Shown: positions 41,801 through 44,100 of the stretch, piece after piece | Numbering within the stretch: the first letter of the stretch is position 1 | How the letters are laid out: each line of letters begins with the position of its first letter | Source: Craspedostauros australis | Taxonomy: Eukaryota | Direction of reading: 5' to 3' | Length of the DNA: 44,100 nt | NCBI GenBank assembly: GCA_030167865.1 | Contig: JALAGF010006593.1 | Location: forward strand, 1 to 44,100 | Notes under the pieces: model-generated | What the model saw: the letters and a program-made list of their open reading frames with translations, nothing else | The model's database searches: none | Told to the model about the DNA's origin: nothing | Position numbers and translations under genes: made by a program

Positions 41801-42805
41801 ACCTTTGGATTCGATGAGGTGCTTGAGTTCTTTCGGTGCCTCGTTGTCGAGCCGGTGAAATCGCGGTGTCATTCCGCTTCGAAGGAGAACCGTCAAAAGT
41901 TCGTCACACGCTCGCGTGAGTTCAGTTGCGTGCCGACTGCGCATCGGTCGCGAAAGAATCGCGTTGGAGTCGTGATCGTACAACACCATGATGTACTGGT
42001 ATCCACGGCTTGACGTCACTGGGAAGCGTCCCGTTTGATCGGTGAAGATTTTACCCGTTGGCCGATAAACGTCCATGAAGATTTCGCGTTGTTCCGTGGG
42101 ATTCTTGGTGGACTGGGTGACGTGGTTACAGTGATTGCGTGTGGACTGCGTGTTCTGGTACTGTTGCCGGAGGTGCCCAGCGGCTGTGGCGGTGGAGGGT
42201 GGAAGGAATTTTCGCACCATTTGTTCAGTCAGTCCGGGCCACGACGAAAAGAATCCTTTCTTGATGGCTGCCGTGAACGTGGATACCGCGGGGCTGAAGC
42301 AGCACTGGTGGTAATATTTGGCCAGTTCCGTCTTGGTTGACGTGTGATGGATGTGATTGGCCATTTTTGGCGATGTTGGCTTCGGCGTTTGGATGTCGAT
42401 GCGATACATGCCGTCAACTTGATGCCGACAACCGGTGTGAATCGTGTTTCCGTTTTTTCGAATTCTCACGGATTCTTGGTCGAAGTCAACCGTCATGCCG
42501 TGGTCACACAGTTGCCCCACCGACACAAGCGCCGCGCTGGAAAGTTGTGGAAAAACTCGCGCGGTGCACGCGTGCTGCGGTACATTGGCAATGCTGACCG
42601 TGGCTCGGTGGGAAGATTGGATGCTGGATCCGTCGGGCAACGACACCGATAACGGGTTATCGTCGGGTGTTTGGCCAGTGCAAGGATCTTCAGGTCGCAG
42701 GAAATGACTAGTGCAACCAGAGTCAACAATGGCGAGGGCAGGAGCACAGGACGGTGAAGTAGTAACAGAGAGTGCTACTTGCTTACTGTGGTCCTGCCGT
42801 GCTTG
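38723..42805 (-). CDS. pol: Copia pol: protease, integrase, reverse transcriptase, RNase H
   Basis: Frame is open from the gag stop. PR AIVDSGCTSHF lies upstream of the track's start. IN FTDQTG/LDNE/NAAERAI; RT DIKDFYL, GMYGLPQAG, LVVDDF; RH VDSDAS, AEAEV, KTDN, NLADYFTK. Includes a 50-N gap and a duplicated 166-bp segment. Confidence 0.92.
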   Translation of the reverse strand, partial: QARQDHSKQVALSVTTSPSCAPALAIVDSGCTSHFLRPEDPCTGQTPDDNPLSVSLPDGSSIQSSHRATVSIANVPQHACTARVFPQLSSAALVSVGQLCDHGMTVDFDQESVRIRKNGNTIHTGCRHQVDGMYRIDIQTPKPTSPKMANHIHHTSTKTELAKYYHQCCFSPAVSTFTAAIKKGFFSSWPGLTEQMVRKFLPPSTATAAGHLRQQYQNTQSTRNHCNHVTQSTKNPTEQREIFMDVYRPTGKIFTDQTGRFPVTSSRGYQYIMVLYDHDSNAILSRPMRSRHATELTRACDELLTVLLRSGMTPRFHRLDNEAPKELKHLIESKGMQYQLVPPGIHRRNAAERAISTWKDHFIAGLATADEAFPLHLWCQLLPQCDITLNLLRPSRINPHISAHHALHGNFDFNATPMAPPGTKAVIHDKPNKRATWAPHGSAGWYIAPALEHYRCYKVYCNKTRKVRVTDTIELMPSKCAMPTPTNAEMAIKAAGDLAAALTKPCAPLQSVGDEQLGALQQLSDIFQTTLPATPTAPLPRVPAAPLPRVRTEPPPRVLTTASGGNKQKRVTFTTPARTPPRVPQATPQVTDDEADSDPESDTDDDDDNEDRRAQAPTTTSDATAPRTRLRTGTIQRKQWTRGTSTANAVIDERTGTAYEYRHLIAGKVHGHTPQQWYTSFANEIGRLAQGIGTRIPASAATNTIFFVPRSAVPRNRTVTYGRIVCAVRPQKAETHRTRLTVGGNLIDYPFDVHTPTAELTTAKCLFNSVVSTPGAKFMTIDIKDFYLNTEMDRYEYMRMPMAMLPPEVIEQYQLHKLEHKGNVYVEVRKGMYGLPQAGKIANVKLQKHLAKFGYRPVPHTPGLWKHDCRPITFTLVVDDFGVKYVGKEHAQHLIGALQTIYKCTIEWDGDLYCGVSLKWDYDARKVELSMPGYVKKALHKFQHPIPTKPQHAPAPCEAPVYGARTQEPKLEDTAPELPAEDIIRIRQIVGTLLYYARAVDPTILPAVSDIATQQAHATHNTANRVRQLLDYCATHPNATIVYTASDMILHVDSDASYLSLPKARSRAGGHMYLSSRSPTDTKAPANPPPNNGAIHTVCNKIQNVMSSAAEAEVGALYLNCTAASALRTTLDELGHTQPPTPIKTDNSTASGIVNNTMKQRRTRAMDMRFYWVRDRIQQGQFIVYWAPGADNLADYFTKHHPTAHHRKMRDVYLKPTPDSGKSARQSMLGVTRGCIDSSXXXXXXXXXXXXXXXXXYWAPGADNLADYFTKHHPTAHHRKMREVYLKPTPDSGKSARQSMLGVTRGCIDSSPARDPTDXRTQSAHLAPTFLLEQIKTLAGAKTATPQLSNVISHNISEQH

Positions 42806-43969
42806 TCATGCGTTCGCCGGGGCGCCTTCGGTGGACCCTCCCATCGTGTTGCTGCGAGTGGCCTCCTTCTTGTGTCCTGGCGCTGGGTTCATGCACGTTG
42901 CGCTGGTGTGCGTGATGCCCACCTTGTATCCGTGTGTCCAGCAGTAGGAGGTGTGCTTGTGCTTGCGACCTCCTTTCTTGCTTCCGTTGCCGCTGCTTGT
43001 GGCCGCATTGGCTTGTAGCTGGGACACCATCGCCGTGATCTCGGACAACTGCTTGACGAGGTTGGCGTTGCTTTCGGTGAGCTGGGCCACGGTGCTGCGA
43101 TCCGCAGCTGTGGCGGACGCGAGGTTGGCGAGCGCGTCGGCGGTCTCCGTGGCGGTGATCGCCGCATTGGCTCCTTGGAAGTTGGCGCCATTCGCTGTGG
43201 CTTGCGATTCGCGGAGATCTTGATGAGCTGCTGCGAAGTCTCGCTTGAAGCGAGTCCATGTCTTGTCGGCGGCACTGAGAGCGCGGAAAGAACGGCAGGC
43301 TTCGGGGAACGCTTGTGTTCGGAACACCAGGTTGTATGCCGTGGTGACGAGCTGGTGATCCGCGTACGGCGCTTTGGCAGCAGCCGCAAGATCGCGCGCA
43401 GACTCGATTTGGGCGACGAGCACTTCGAACGGCGCCGTCGGGTCGTAGGGTGTCTTCATGGCCTTGTCGTTTTCGTCGAGGTCTTGTGGTGTGATCTTGC
43501 CGTATGTGGAGTACAGGTGGGTCAGAAGCTCGAGCGTCGTGACGTTGGCGTATCCGACGATGTTGTGGCGGAGAGTTCGCACGTACTGGTCTTCGATGGC
43601 GCCAAGAAGCTGCTGCTTGAGGGCATTGTCGACCGCGCGGTACTCTCTCCAAAGGCGCTCTTGTTCCTTGTGGATGCTGGTGGCGGCGCTGATCTGGGCT
43701 GCAGTGGCCGCGTTCGGGATGTTCGGGTGCGGTCCTGGGTTGACCGGCACGACGAATGCTGTCGCCGAATGTTCTTGGTACACCTCTCGGGAGACGGTGA
43801 GGACCAGGTATCCGAGCTGACCGTTTCCGAGGGGGCAGTGCACCGAGGCCGCATTGGCGTTGAGGACTACATTGAGTTCTGCGATGGACTCGTATGTGGG
43901 TACCCCGACGATGGGTTCGACGANTGCCTGNGGAAAGGTGGCGAGGATCTTCTCGTGGCTGTTGGCCAT
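42806..43969 (-). CDS. gag: Copia gag with C-terminal CWTHG-type zinc-binding motif
   Basis: 387-aa ORF starting 68 nt after the 5' LTR. LGNGQLGYL, LLTHLYSTYG, YDP..PFE, W..FK.DF and YCWTHG..HTSATC..GH, as I recall from diatom copia Gags. Confidence 0.9.
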   Translation of the reverse strand: MANSHEKILATFXQAXVEPIVGVPTYESIAELNVVLNANAASVHCPLGNGQLGYLVLTVSREVYQEHSATAFVVPVNPGPHPNIPNAATAAQISAATSIHKEQERLWREYRAVDNALKQQLLGAIEDQYVRTLRHNIVGYANVTTLELLTHLYSTYGKITPQDLDENDKAMKTPYDPTAPFEVLVAQIESARDLAAAAKAPYADHQLVTTAYNLVFRTQAFPEACRSFRALSAADKTWTRFKRDFAAAHQDLRESQATANGANFQGANAAITATETADALANLASATAADRSTVAQLTESNANLVKQLSEITAMVSQLQANAATSSGNGSKKGGRKHKHTSYCWTHGYKVGITHTSATCMNPAPGHKKEATRSNTMGGSTEGAPANA

Positions 43970-44023
43970 GGTGATGATTTTTGGTGATGCTGGTCTTGGT
44001 GACCGAGATTTTCAAACGTTGGC

Positions 44024-44037
44024 TATTAGCGAACAAC
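44024..44037 (-). other. Primer-binding-site position (GTTGTTCGCTAATA), complementary to LTR 44069-44082
   Basis: Immediately follows the LTR-terminal CA; lacks the TGG start of a tRNA-CCA PBS; perfect 14-nt inverted repeat with the LTR. Confidence 0.8.
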
Positions 44038-44100
44038 TGTCAATAAGACGAGTAGTGTGTGAATCAATGTTGTTCGCTAATATTATGAGATATTACATTG
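44038..44100 (-). repeat. 5' LTR (partial, 3' portion)
   Basis: Identical to 38697-38759. Confidence 0.95.

Larger units (their letters stand above)
38697..44100 (-). mobile_element. Ty1/copia LTR retrotransposon (CoDi-like), nearly complete; 5' LTR truncated by the window edge
   Basis: Direct repeat 38697-38759 is identical to 44038-44100 (63/63 nt). Domain order gag, PR, IN, RT, RH. TG...CA LTR ends. PPT-like GCGAGGG abuts the 3' LTR. Candidate TSD CAGAT at 38692-38696; the other side is outside the window. Confidence 0.95.

Noticed and set aside
39642..44036. Alternative-frame ORFs overlapping pol (39642-40778) and gag (42783-44036), and antisense ORFs 40653-41438 and 43175-43987
   Set aside because: Low-information or Arg-rich translations expected from GC3-biased codons; no motifs.
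1..44100. tRNA, rRNA or snRNA genes
   Set aside because: None recognised by eye; tRNAscan-SE and Infernal/Rfam would be needed to exclude them.

Overview
Eukaryotic genomic DNA, most likely from a diatom or related stramenopile. This is inferred from GT-AG introns, ASA-F/ASA-W bipartite plastid-type presequences and a CoDi-like copia element. About 15 host genes are supported: an exosome RNase PH subunit, a U1-C-like protein with a WW domain, an LRR-haemolysin III fusion, TIM22, a TM RING-H2 protein, Mpv17/PMP22, a ferric reductase, CENP-S-like, a 1,534-aa repeat protein, a TPM-RING protein, a PSTAIRE CDK, GlnRS, two tandem SGNH/PC-esterase-like genes and a MORN protein. The window ends in a young, apparently intact Ty1/copia LTR retrotransposon (38697 to >44100, minus strand). 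Highlights: (i) the element's PBS position is perfectly complementary to 14 nt of its own LTR, suggesting self-priming rather than tRNA priming; (ii) gag and pol are in frame, separated by one UGA-CAA plus a downstream hairpin, suggesting programmed readthrough; (iii) the U1-C homologue has lost all four zinc ligands and carries a WW domain; (iv) GlnRS carries a CysRS-type C-terminal appendix; (v) a probably plastid-targeted protein has 16 Lys/Pro-rich repeats. All homology calls are by eye from remembered motifs; no searches were run.
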